Shown here in pieces: positions 1 through 12,512 of a stretch of DNA of 64,000 bases (the stretch's first letter is position 1; each line of letters opens with the position of its first letter). The DNA lies in assembly GCA_964016885.1 (NCBI GenBank), contig CAXHJY010000869.1, forward strand, positions 27,090-91,089, given 5' to 3'. Both the position numbers and the translations under genes were made by a program. This stretch comes from Eledone cirrhosa. Its lineage: Eukaryota. The notes beneath the pieces are model-generated. The model made no database searches and had not been told where the DNA came from. It saw nothing but the letters and a program-made list of their open reading frames with translations.

Positions 1-120
1 TGTATGTATATATGTATGTATAGATATATGTATATATATATGTATGTATATATGTATATATATATTTATCTATATATATATATGTATATATATATATATG
101 TATGTATATATATATGTATG

Positions 121-155
<35 letters not shown>

Positions 156-200
156 ATATATGTATGTATATATATATATATATATGTATATATATGTATG

Positions 201-231
<31 letters not shown>

Positions 232-292
232 GTATATAAATGCATATATATGTATATATATGTATATATATATATGTATGTATATATGTATG

Positions 293-325
<33 letters not shown>

Positions 326-660
326 GTATGTATATATGTATGTATGTATATATGTATGTATATATGTAAGTGTATATATATGTATATATATATGTAAGTG
401 TATATATATGTATATATATATGTATGTATATATTTATGTATATATGTATGTATATATATATATGTATATATATGTATATATACATATGTATGTATATATA
501 TATATGTATGTATATATGTATGTGTATATATATGTATATATATGTATATATATGTATGTATATATGTATGTGTATATATATGTATATATATGTATATATA
601 TGTGTTTATATATATGTGTATATATATATACATATATATATGTATATATATGTATTTACA

Positions 661-702
<42 letters not shown>

Positions 703-729
703 GTGTGTGTGTGTGTGTTTGTATATATA

Positions 730-778
<49 letters not shown>

Positions 779-830
779 ATATATAGACATGTATATATAT
801 ATATAGACATGTATATATATATATAGACGT
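1..830. repeat. (TA)n/(TATG)n microsatellite with an (ATT)n tract
   Basis: Direct reading of the sequence. Confidence 0.97.
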
Positions 831-982
831 CTCAATAACTGCATGCATATGCGCACGAGTGTATATATATATAGATGCCTCAATAACTATGTATGTATAA
901 GCGCACGAGTATATTTATTTCTGGGACAGTTGACATTGTGTATTGAGGCATATATGTACTATGTGTACTTTAAAGCATTCCC

Positions 983-3900
983 CTCTCTCTCTCTCTCACT
1001 GACTCGCTCTCTCACTGTCTGTTTGTCTCTCTCTCTGTCTCTCTCTCACTGACTCTCTCCCTCTGTGTCTCTCTCTCTCTCTGTCTCTCTCTCACTGAAT
1101 CTCTCCCTCTGTCTCTCTCCCACTGTATCTCTCTCACCGACTCTCACTGTCTCTCTCTCTCACCGCCTCTCTTCCACTGTCTTTCTCCCACTGTCTCTCT
1201 CTCACTGTCTCTCTCTCTCACTGAATCTCTCCCACTGTCTCTCTCCCACTGTCTCTCTTCCACTGTCTCTCTCTCACCGTCTCTCTCTCACTGTCTCTCT
1301 TTCACTGACTCTCTCCTACTGTATCTCTCTCTCACTGTCTCTCTCCCACTGACTGTCTCTCACTATCTCTCTCTCTCTGTCTCTCTCTCACTGACTCTCT
1401 CCCTCTGTGTCTCTCTCTCTCTCTCTGTCTCTCTCACTGAATCTCTCTCTCTCTCTCTCTCTGAATCTCTCCCTCTGTCTCTCTCCCACTGTATCTCTCT
1501 CACCGACTCTCTCTCACTGTCTCTCTCTCACCGTCTCTCTTCCACTGTCTTTCTCCCACTGTCTCTCTCTCACTGTCTGTCTCTCACTGTCTCTCTCTCA
1601 CTGTCTCGCACTGTCTCTCTCTCTCACTGAATCTCTCCCACTGTCTCTCTCCCACTGTCTCTCTTCCACTGTCTCTCTCTCACCGTCTCTCTCTCACTGT
1701 CTCTTTCACTGACTCTCTCCTACTGTATCTCTCTCTCACTGTCTCTCTCTCTCACTGAATCTCTCCACTGTCTCTCTCCCACTGTCTGTCTCTCACCGTC
1801 TCTCTCTCACTGTCTCTCTCTCACTGTCTCTCTCTCACCGTCTCTCTCCCACTGTCTCTCTCTCACTGTCTCTCTCTCACTGTCTCTCTCTCACTGTCTC
1901 TCTCTCACTGTCTCCTTCTCTCACTGTCTCTCTCTCACTGACTCTCTCCCACTGTATCTCTCTCACCGTCTCTCTCTCACCGTCTCTCTCCCACTGTCTC
2001 TCTCCCACTGTCTCTCTCCCACTGTCTGTCTCTCACCGTCTCTCTCTCACTGTCTCTCTCTCACTGTCTCTCTCTCACTGTCTCTCTCTTACTGTCTCTC
2101 TCCCACTGTCTCTCTCTCACTGTCTCTCTCCCACCGTCTCTCTCCCACTACTCTCTACGACTGTCTCTCTCTCACTGTCTCTCTCTCACTGACTCTCTCT
2201 CACTGAATCTCTCCCACTGTCTCTCTACGACTGTCTCTCTCTCACTGTCTCTCTCTCACTGTCTCTCTCTCACTGTCTCTCTCTCACTGTCTCTCTCTCA
2301 CTGACTCTCTCCCACTGTCTCTCTCCCACTGTCTCTCTCTCACTGTCTCTCTCTCACTGACTCTCTCCCACTGTCTCTCTCCCACTGTCTCTCTCTCACT
2401 GTCTCTCTCCCACTGTCTCTCTCTCACTGTCTCTCTCTCACTGAATCTCTCCCACTGTCTCTCCCACTGTCTGTCTCTCACTGTCTCTCTCTCACTATCT
2501 CTCTCTGACTCTCTCCCACTGTATCTCTCTCTCACCGTCTCTGTCTCACCGTCTCTCTCCCACTGTCTCTCTCTCACTGTCTCTCTCTCACTGTCTCTCT
2601 CTCACTGAATCTCTCCCACTGTCTCTCCCACTGTCTGTCTCTCACTGTCTCTCTCTCACTGACTCTCTCCCACTGTATCTCTCTCTCACCGTCTCTCTCC
2701 CACTGACTCTGTCCCACTGTCTCTCTCTCACACTCTCTCTCTCACCGTCTCTCATCCGCTGTCTCTCTCTCACTGTCTCTCTCTCACTGTCTCTCTCTCA
2801 TTGTCTCTCTCTCACTGTCTCTCACCCACTGTATCTCTCTCTCATTGTCTCTCTCTCACTGTCTCTCTCTCACTGTCTCTCTCTCACTGCCTCTCTCTCA
2901 CCGTCTCTCACCAACTGTATCTCTCTCTCACTGTCTCTCTCTCACTGTCTCTCTCCCACTGTCTCTCTCTCACTGTCTCTCTCTCACTGACTCTCTCTCA
3001 CTGTCTCTCTCTCACCGTCTCTCTCCCACTGTCTCTCTCTCACTGTCTCTCTCCCACTGTCTCTCTCCCACTGACTCTCTCTCACTGTCTCTCTCTCTCA
3101 CCGTCTCTCTCTCACCGTCTCTCTCTCACCGTCTCTCTCCCACTGTCTCTCTCCCACTGACTCTCTCTCACTGTCTCTCTCTCACTGAATCTCTCCACTG
3201 TCTCTCTTCCACTGTCTCTCTCTCACCGTCTCTCTCTCACTGTCTCTCTCTCACTGACTCTCTCCCACTGACTCTCTCACTGTCTCTCTCTCACTGACTC
3301 TCTCCCACTGACTCTCTCCCACTGACTCTCTCCCACTGTCTCTCTCTCACCGTCTCTCACCCACTCTATCTCTCTCTCAATGTCTCTCTCTCACTGTCTC
3401 TCACTGTCTCTCTCTCACTGCCTCTCTCTCACCGTCTCTCACCCACTGTATCTCTCTCTCACTGTCTCTCTATCACTGTCTCTCTCCCACTGTCTCTCTG
3501 TCACTGTCTCTCTCCCACTGACTGTCTCCCACTGTCTCTCTCTCACTGTCTCTCTCTCACCGTCTCTCTCTCACCGTCTCTCTCCCACTGTCTCTTTCTC
3601 TCACTGTCTCTCTCCCACTGACTCTCTCTCACTGTCTCTCTCTCAGCGTCTCTCTCTCACTGTCTCTCTCTCACTGTGTCTCTCTCACTGTCTCTCTCTC
3701 ACTGTCTCTCTCCCACTTTCTCTCTCCCACTGTCTCTCTCTCACTGTCTATCTCTCACTGTCTCTCTCCCACTGTCTCTCTCTCACTGTCTCTCTCCCAC
3801 TGTCTCTCTCTCCCACTGTCTCTCTCTCACTGTCTCTCTCTCACTGTCTCTCTCCCACTGTCTCTCTCTCACTGTCTCTCTCCCATTGTCTCTCTCCCAT
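983..3900. repeat. Pyrimidine-rich cryptic satellite, unit about ctctctcactgt
   Basis: About 2.9 kb of variants of (ct)n-cactgt. Confidence 0.95.
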
Positions 3901-4379
3901 ATATATATTTCTCTTACTTTCTTTCGTCCCCTCTGTCATGTCAGTTAACACTTTCTCTCTACTGACCTCTTCCTCACACTTCCACTCACTCACTGTTTCT
4001 CCCCTTCTCACCCCCCCCCCCCCCGTTCGCGACGTTAACGATTCCTTCTTTCTTACATCGGATTCATTTCGAAAGGTCTATTTTCTACTCGCTCATATAT
4101 TCACCCAGCTTATACTGATAGAATAACTATGTAGCTTGTGTCTTTTCCTATCTTCGGTTATCTTTCCTCTATGTTGTTTACTTGTCTCACTCGCTTTACG
4201 CGTTTTAATTGTCCTAATAACTTATTTTAGTTATTATTGCGCCAACGTGAGGTATATGATTTTTAATGCAATGAAATACCTATGACCGTTGGTAAATCAC
4301 TGATGAGGGACTCATTTTATAACATGTTATCCATGTGCAACCATGCAGTATTCTTCTCCCCATTTTTTCATATATATAT

Positions 4380-4746
4380 ATATATACATTCATATATATA
4401 TAGCTATTTCAGAGCACCAATTCTAATTTTCAATTTCTGCTTGACCGGCAACCGCTCTGTATAATCAGTTCCTGATTATTTACTAGAATTCTATAAGAAC
4501 CAAACATCCATGATTTCAGCAAACAGGAGGAGTAGTCGGCTTTGATAAGCATCAATAAATGCGAAACAAGGCCTTGTCAGCTTTATCTCCCCTGTTTGCT
4601 GAAAATTAAAGTAAGTGAGCCTGTCACTACACTAAAACAATAGCATAAGGTCTTCGAAATGCTTTTAATTAAGCATACAGTGTATTGCAAAATACACTAT
4701 ATATACATTCATATATATATAGCTATTTAAGAGCACCAATTCTAAT
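4380..4746 (+). mobile_element. Penelope-like pLTR fragment with a terminal direct repeat
   Basis: atacattcatatatatatagctattt.agagcaccaattctaat at about 4384 and about 4703; 4473-4696 is homologous to 5578-5760. Confidence 0.65.
4514..4604 (+). ncRNA. Type I hammerhead ribozyme, U3-A8 core variant, long helix I
   Basis: gct-TTGATAA-gcat(caataa)atgc-GAAA-caag(gc)cttg-TC-agc; distal helix I tttcagcaaacagg 4514-4527 pairs with cctgtttgctgaaa 4591-4604. Confidence 0.85.
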
Positions 4747-4891
4747 ATATATATATATATCATAAAACATGTCTATAGAATCACAAGATAAAATATATAC
4801 TATTTATATATATATATGTATATATATGTGTATATAATAGAAAAAAACGGGTAAGTTTCGTTTACATATGAAAAATATTTATTGCGTATCG

Positions 4892-4967
4892 ACCTGTTAC
4901 GCGCGTTTCGCACAGGATTGGCTCAAGGTGACACATTGGAGAGTATCGATCTGCTCCTCAGACTGGT
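4892..4967 (-). ncRNA. Type I hammerhead ribozyme
   Basis: Minus strand: accagt-CTGAGGA-gcag...ctgtgc-GAAA-cgcgcg-TA-acaggt, followed by AATAAA. Confidence 0.7.
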
Positions 4968-5541
4968 GATGCGACAAATGATATAGTTTAGTTGTGGTAT
5001 GTGGGCCGAGAAGGTATATATATATAGAAAGAGGCATTGGCTCTATTTTTTTATGTGCTGTGTGTATTTTGGTGCAATTGGTGGCGTATGAATGCAGGTG
5101 TGTATTCACCGATATTCATGTGCGTGTTTACGTGAGCGCGCTAGCAATTAATGAATCGTGTTTGTATATATTGGAATGATTTTAAGCCCTACGGCTGAGG
5201 TCTTGCTGCTTTGACTACATGTAGGTAACTAGGGCAGAAAATAATTATAATACCTAGACTATTCTTTCTTAGATATCCTGTACTAAGCTGAACAATTGTT
5301 TCACTGTTCTTGACTAGTATCTCCCTATCTGTCTGTCTATCTGTATATTTATCTCTCGGCCTCTCTTTCTCACTTTCTCTCTCTCTCGTCCTCTCTCTCA
5401 CTCTCCCTTTTTCTCCCCCTCTCTCCCTTTCTCTCTCTCACTTTCCCTTCTCTCTCACTCTCTCTCTCTCTCTCTCTCTCTTCCCGTTCTCACTTTCTCT
5501 CTCTCGCTTTCACTGTTTCTCTCTCACCCCCCCCTCTTTCT

Positions 5542-5579
<38 letters not shown>

Positions 5580-5639
5580 ATTATTACTGGAACTCTATAA
5601 GAATCCAACACACATAATTTTCAGCAAACAGGGGTGGTG

Positions 5640-5684
5640 AACTTTGATAAGTACCAAAAAGTACGAAACAGTGCTCTGTCAGTT
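5640..5684 (+). ncRNA. Type I hammerhead ribozyme, U3-A8 core variant
   Basis: aact-TTGATAA-gtac(caaaaa)gtac-GAAA-cag(tgct)ctg-TC-agtt. Confidence 0.85.
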
Positions 5685-5843
5685 AAAACATGATTTTAAA
5701 ACAATAGCGTATGGTCTTCAAAATGCTTTTAATTAAGCATACAGTGTATTGCAAAATACAAAATATTGATGAACATTACAACCCCTAGAGGTGAACTAGC
5801 TTACTAATTTAGAAGGGCCCTAGATAAACTTAAACTAAATATT

Positions 5844-6273
5844 AAGATACTGGAAAGACCAGGTACCTCCATAAAAACACTTATTAATAATACATACTCT
5901 TTTCAAAGACCTCTCTGTATAGATAGGAAATGCATAATCTGTAAACTAGGCCCCCATATTAACTGTAAAACTAGAAACATAGTATATATCATAGGATGTA
6001 CTGAGGGGCAATGTAAAGATGAGAATATAATGTACATAGGTGAGACAGCTCGTAGCATAGGAGAACGATTAAATGAACACTGGCGAGAACTCCGAGATAG
6101 AAAAGACTCATAAGTACTCCACCAACATGCTAAAATAGAACATAAGGGCAAACTAGAGAACATAGAAATAAAAATAAAATCTACATACAGAAAAGACAAT
6201 GTTTAGACAAATCACAGAGGCAATAAACATAAATGAACTCCAACCGAAATTAAATAGAAAACATGAATGGAAT
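5844..6273 (+). pseudogene. Penelope-like element GIY-YIG endonuclease C-terminus (one stop, one frameshift)
   Basis: Manual translation: CIICKLGPHINCKTRNIVYIIGCTEGQCKDENIMYIGETARSIGERLNEH...HQHAKIEH...RQITEAININELQPKLNRKHEW; not in the supplied ORF track. Confidence 0.9.
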
Positions 6274-6685
6274 AGCAACATCACAACTTACAATTAAGGA
6301 CAAAATGAAAACACACACACATAGAACAAACAACCAACCAGTAACATGTAAAGAAACAAATAAATAAACAAATAAAAACACACACAGACACCCGGATGTA
6401 ACACATGCGCAAACTAAGCACACAACACACACAAAAACAAGATGGCGTAGGACAGAACAAAGGAGAGGCACAACACAAACAAAAGAATCCCCAGTCACTG
6501 AAGAGGTCACATAATGTGTGACAAAAGAACTTTGAGAATATATGAACAACCGTCCGGTGGTGGAACCAACCAACCAACCGGAAATTTATAAAAAATTTTA
6601 AATTTATAATTTAATTTATAATAAATTGAAGTGAAAGCAACTGGTGCATGTGTTTCTTATTGGCAACATGACCCTCCCAAAGTAT

Positions 6686-6782
<97 letters not shown>

Positions 6783-6926
6783 GAGTATATGTTGGTTGTA
6801 TACCAGTTGGTTGTATTCCAGTTCCTCAGAGAAATAACAACCCAACCAGGAACTGGACATTTCAGAGTATTGACAAAATCATACACCTCAACAACATATG
6901 TACTTGTCTATACCACACTAATTCAA

Positions 6927-6981
6927 ACTGCCTGAAGAGGTCTCAGCCAAAGATGGCTGACACTGAAATATATATAGCAGT
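6927..6981 (+). ncRNA. Type I hammerhead ribozyme
   Basis: actgc-CTGAAGA-ggtctcagcca..tggctgacact-GAAA-tatata-TA-gcagt, then AATAAA. Confidence 0.85.
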
Positions 6982-7026
6982 AATAAACGAAGCTAAATTT
7001 TAAACATTTGACTTTTTATTTAACTT

Positions 7027-7058
<32 letters not shown>

Positions 7059-7329
7059 TCATACATTCAAACATACATACATGCATATTTATGTTAAATT
7101 CGTAAACCCAGTTGAAACCATATTTTCATTAAACGTATGTTTAGCCAGTTGTGAAAACAGATCCCGTGGTTTAACCACAAGCAATTCTGCTGACATGATT
7201 TGTGGCCATATTGTTTCTTTCGACTCCGGTTAAAAAAGGCATCGTCAGAATACAATCAAATACCTCTTACTTTCAGATCGAATGTAACGATAGTATAATA
7301 GTCTAGTCGAACTTTCTGTGGCATGAAGC

Positions 7330-8030
7330 GACTGAGAGTACAATCCACACACCCCTGGACAGGATAGCAGTCCATCGCAGGGTTAAACCACCAGCTATTG
7401 CTGGCATTAATTTTCAGTTGAGTATACTGGAGCAACGGGAAATGAAGCGTTTTGCTCAAGAACACAACATAAAAAACTAGCCCAGGAATAGAACCCGTGA
7501 CATTATGATCGTAAGTCCATCACTTAACCATTGGAGTGACATGAAATGAAGTGTTTTGCTCAAGAACACAACATAAAAATTAGCCCAGGAATACAACCTA
7601 AGACAGTATCATTGTAAGTCCAACACTTTACCACTGGTGTGACATGAAATTACCGTATTTCCCAGCGCCGAAGATGCTTCGTCCTCGAGGACGCACCCTA
7701 ATTTTGACAACCAAAAGTTTGAAAAAAAATAATAAACAACTTTCGGCCTCCAGGACGCATAGAAGATTTTTGATACTTAGTTTAGGAAAAAAAGTAGCGT
7801 CTTTGGCGCCGGGAAATGCGTTTTGTTTTGCTCAAGAAAACAACACAACAACCGGCCCAGGAATCGAACCCACGACATTATGATCGTAAGTCCAACAACC
7901 TTACCACTGGAACAACATGAAATGAAGTGTTTTGCTTAAGAAAACAATACAACACGCAGCCCAGGAATCGAACCGACGACATTGTGATCGTAAGTCCAGC
8001 TCATTTACCGAGCCACGCGGCCCCACACGA
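7330..8030 (-). mobile_element. tRNA-derived CORE-like SINE with its 5' part tandemly repeated about 4 times
   Basis: Repeated ttttgctcaagaacacaac...ccaggaatcgaaccc (reverse of B box ggttcgattcc and the cttgagcaa motif). Confidence 0.75.
7653..7820. mobile_element. Tc1/mariner(pogo)-like MITE nested in a SINE
   Basis: TIRs ccgtatttcccagcgccgaagatgc / gcgtctttggcgccgggaaatgcg; TA on the left. Confidence 0.7.
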
Positions 8031-8224
8031 TAACACTTATGGTAATATATAAACACCGTCAGCGGTTGACCTGATTGCATTTACATATCGGTGCAAAGTT
8101 GAGTAGGTACAACGATAATAACAGCAATGAATAAACAGCAGATCAACTCAGCAGATAGGAGATAACAATTTGTACACGGAATTGGAGGCGAATGTTTTCA
8201 CATCATATATTTTATTAACTATAG

Positions 8225-8365
8225 AATCAGTAGAGCATCGGACAACATGCTTTTGTGGCATATAGGTATGTCGCTTTACGTTCTGAGTTCAAATCCCGTC
8301 CAGGTTAAATTTGTCTTTCATCCTTACGAGGGCTTCATCAAATAAATTAACCGGAACGTACTGGG
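8225..8365 (+). mobile_element. Meta-domain-type SINE (degenerate)
   Basis: gagttcaaatccc B box followed by tgtctttcatccttacgaggg. Confidence 0.65.
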
Positions 8366-8372
8366 ACCACGT

Positions 8373-9135
8373 ATTGGACGACAAGGTCACTTCAGAAGCT
8401 CTCTACATTCCAGAACCACATCATGAGACTTGTGACTGGCAAGCGGCTCACCGATCGTATCTGTATCAGTGAGCTGGTCTTGACTGTGCTAATTGGACGA
8501 CAAGGTCACTTTAGAAGCTCTCTACATTCTAGAACCAGATCATGAGACTTATGACTGGCAAGCGGTTCAACGACCGTATATGTATCAGTGAGCTGGTTTT
8601 GACTGTGCTAATTGGACAACAAGGTCACATCAGAAGCTCTCTACATTCCAGAACCACATCATGAGACTTATGACTGGCAAGCAGCTCAGCGATCGTATTT
8701 GTATCAGTGAGCTGCTCAACATTACCAAACTTAGACCAATTACATCAATTGTCAAGTCAAGAGTACTTAAATTATACGGTCATATAAAAATATCAACTCG
8801 TGGTGTGAGTAGGTTATGTATGGAAAGAAGGTTGGCTGGTAAGAGAAGTAGGGGTCAGCAGCCAAAACTACGGCTTGATAATGTCAACCTATGGACTGGA
8901 CTTGATCTTTGCACTTTAAACTCTGCTGTTGGTGATCGAAAGGTATTATATATTCCTGGAAGGAAGGTTGGCTGGTAAGAGAAGCAGAGGCTGGCAGCCA
9001 CAACGATGGCTTGGTAATGTCAAGCTATGGACTGCACTTGATCTTTGCTCTTTGAACCCTGCTGCTGGTGATCGAACTTTGTGGAGAGAGATACTACATG
9101 TTGATGCACAGTCTACAGCTGGCGGAGTTTAGCGT
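8373..9135 (+). pseudogene. RTE-type LINE ORF2 C-terminal fragment with internal duplications
   Basis: WTTRS..KLSTFQNHIMRLMTG...SRVLKLYGHI...GKRSRG..WLGNVKLWT; 119-bp unit at 8373, 8492 and 8611. Confidence 0.8.
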
Positions 9136-9229
9136 CACCAGAAGAATTGGGGCCAATTTAATTGACCTTCTCATCCGCCCCCCTATTTTGTTATCCTTAT
9201 GCCCAAATCAGAAAACATATACTATATAG

Positions 9230-9695
9230 CATGGATGTCAAACTGAGGGTACCCCCGAGGGCCACATGGATCACATATGTGTTGTCTGAGGACCATATGG
9301 GTCACATATGTGTTGTCTGAGGACCATATGGGTCACATATGTGTTGTCTGAGGACCATATGGGTCACATATGTGTTGTCTGAGGACCATATGAGTCACAT
9401 ATGTGTTGTCTGAGGACCATATGGGTCACATATGTGTTGTCTGAGGACCATATGGGTCACATATGTGTTGTCTGAGGACCATATGGGTCACATATGTGTT
9501 GTCTGAGGACCATATGGGTCACATATGTGTTGTCTGAGGACCATACATAACAACTAATTGCGCACATTACTACTAATTTTTTTTTTTATATTACAAAGAA
9601 AAAACATGTTCGAGCTGTAAAAACATTTGTACGGACCGCAGGTGTGCTTGTAAATGGGCGCATGCGGCAGGCGGGCCGCATGTTTGTCATGCCTG
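9230..9695. mobile_element. hAT (Charlie-like) MITE containing an expanded 31-bp minisatellite
   Basis: Ends catggatgtcaaact / atgtttgtcatgcctg; flanks ctatatag / ttatttag; homologous to 48172-48371 in inverse orientation. Confidence 0.8.
9270..9545. repeat. 31-bp minisatellite, about 9 copies
   Basis: Unit gtcacatatgtgttgtctgaggaccatatgg. Confidence 0.97.
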
Positions 9696-9719
9696 TTATT
9701 TAGGTAGTGGATTGTCAGT

Positions 9720-10560
9720 GAAGGCGTGTGGCTGAGTGGTTAGAGAATTGGATTCGCAATCGTAAAGTTGTGAGTTCGATTCCTGGACCGGGCGGTGCGT
9801 TATGTCCTTGAGCAAGACACTTTATTTCACGTTGCTCCTTCTACCTGGAGTTGCGACCGATAGATAGTATTAGCAATTGGAAAGACCAATGGAAACACTG
9901 TTTCCTCGGTCCGATTTGACGAAAGTCGATCGTTGGGAATTGTCAGTATCATTAGAGTGTCATGCATGCTTTTTTGGCATATAGTTATGTCCCTTTACGT
10001 TCTGAGTTCAAATCCCGCCGAAGTTAGCTCTGCCTTTCCTCCTTACAGAGGCTCAATAGGATGAAGTGTCAGTAATGCACTGAGGTTGATTTAGTAGAAT
10101 TTCCCCTTTCCACAAAATTGTCGTCATTGTACATGAATCAGATCGCTGGTGTTGTTTATATATTACCATAAGTGCTATCATGTGGAGGCGCGTGGCTGGG
10201 TGGTAAAGGAGTTGGTCTTATGATCATTATGTCGTGGGTTCGATTCCTGGGCTGGGTTTTGCGTTGCTTTCTTGAACAAAACACTTCATTTCATGTCACT
10301 CCAGCCGTAAAGGTGTTGGTCTTACCATCAAAATGTCACGATGGGGAATTAGCAGAATCGGTAGAGCGTCAGACAACATGCTTTGCGGCATGTAGTCACA
10401 TCCCTTATGTTTCTAAGCTCAAATCCCAACTAGATGAGCCCTGTCTTTCATCCTTAATGGGGATCGATATAATAAAGTACTAGTAATACATTAGGGTCGA
10501 TTTAATTGACTTTCCCGCTCCCCTATTCTCGGAAATGGGCCTATATCTGAAACCACTAAT
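9720..10560 (+). mobile_element. Cluster of four tRNA-derived SINEs (CORE-like and Meta-like alternating)
   Basis: A/B boxes gtggctgagtgg / gagttcgattcc; gtccttgagcaagacac; gcctttc.tcctt.c motifs. Confidence 0.75.
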
Positions 10561-10768
10561 AATTAGTCAAAGTGTATATTTTTTGTTTTGTTTTTGTTGC
10601 GTTTTTTCTTCTGTGGAATCTGTGTATGTGTTAATGTATGTGAGAGTGTTTGAGTGGGACTAAGACGTAGCCATAGTTGTGTGTGTGTGTGTGTGTGTGT
10701 GTATGTCTCTCGGCGCATGCGTGCTGTAGTTTACGAATATCATTTTTTTTGTTGCATCAATGTCATTT

Positions 10769-10813
<45 letters not shown>

Positions 10814-10815
<2 letters not shown>

Positions 10816-11012
10816 AAAATGTATGATTCCGACGGCAGAGCTCAAGCCGTTTCGACGGCTATTTCTGGACTCGGGGCCCCAGAAATAGCCGACGAAATGG
10901 CTTGAGCTCTGCCATAGGGGTTAAACTTTTTCCTATTACCCGCTCTACTACCCTAAGTATTGAGTACTCTGGTGCGTTATTGTCCATCTGGTTCTTTACC
11001 ACACCTCCTTCG
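10814..11012 (+). mobile_element. Palindromic (TA)n-embedded element, family A, copy 1
   Basis: Inverted arms of about 60 bp plus a unique tail of about 80 bp; nine copies in the window. Confidence 0.85.
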
Positions 11013-11052
<40 letters not shown>

Positions 11053-11172
11053 TAACACGTAATTATATTAGATATATTACACACATATATAATATATATA
11101 TATGCCCCAGCATGGCCTCAGCCGGATGGCTGGATCAGATATATATAGTAAAAGATATATATATAGAAATAT

Positions 11173-11243
<71 letters not shown>

Positions 11244-11265
11244 TTATATATTATATATATTATAT

Positions 11266-11355
<90 letters not shown>

Positions 11356-11368
11356 ATAAATATATATA

Positions 11369-11427
<59 letters not shown>

Positions 11428-11539
11428 TTATATATTATATATATATTATATATATATATATTATATATATATATATATATATAATATATATATTTATATA
11501 TATATATATATTATATATATATATTATATATATATATAT

Positions 11540-11570
<31 letters not shown>

Positions 11571-11639
11571 ATATTATATATATATATATTATATATATAT
11601 ATATATATTATATATATATATATATATTATATATATATA

Positions 11640-11682
<43 letters not shown>

Positions 11683-12096
11683 ATACTTATATGTGTATAC
11701 ACGTAAATTTATTTGACATAGTACACACACACACTCACACACATATATATATATATATATATATACGTCCATGTAAATAATGAACATCTGTTTTGCCACA
11801 GACACCATTTATCTGAGTGACTGAGACATATTATCTCTAAATATAATCCAAACGCGGAAATAATAGCAACCACACACACGCACACACACTGACACACACA
11901 CACACACTCACACTGACACACACGCACACACACTCACACACACACTCACACTCACACACACACACACTGACACACACGCAGACACACACTGAAACACACA
12001 CACACTCACACTGACACACACACACACTCACACTGACACACACTCACACACACACACTCACACACTCACTCACACACTCACTCACACACACACACA

Positions 12097-12143
<47 letters not shown>

Positions 12144-12512
12144 GTATATATATAAACTTTGTGACAGGAGCATTAAAATGTTTGCTCTATAAATGTTTCT
12201 CCTCTGTGTGTACAGAAACGGAAATTGCTGTTTGATTATCTATTATTACTAAATGCCGCAGCGCCATCTGTCAGACAGAGGGGCCTTGTGACATCTTTTT
12301 TACTATTGAAGAAGCCCTTCATTTTTCTTTCTTCTTATCTCTTGTTGTTTTTTTTTTTCCTTTTTACCTTTCTGAGTTCGAAATCCTACTGAGGTTAGCT
12401 TTGCCCCGAAATGACCCCGGGAGTTGGTTTTGGTTATTTTAACGCGTCTTGCTTGCAATTGGCCACGTGGCCGCCTGCACACGGTGCCGGATTTAGGCAA
12501 GGATTGGCAGAT

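Noticed and set aside
6495-6540. ctgaaga-ggtcacataatgtgtgac hammerhead-like motif after the GIY-YIG ORF
   Set aside because: GAAA is replaced by aaaa and helices I and III do not close; at best a decayed copy.
9720-9790. tRNA-like A/B boxes
   Set aside because: These are SINE heads that continue into the CORE-like body, not tRNA genes.
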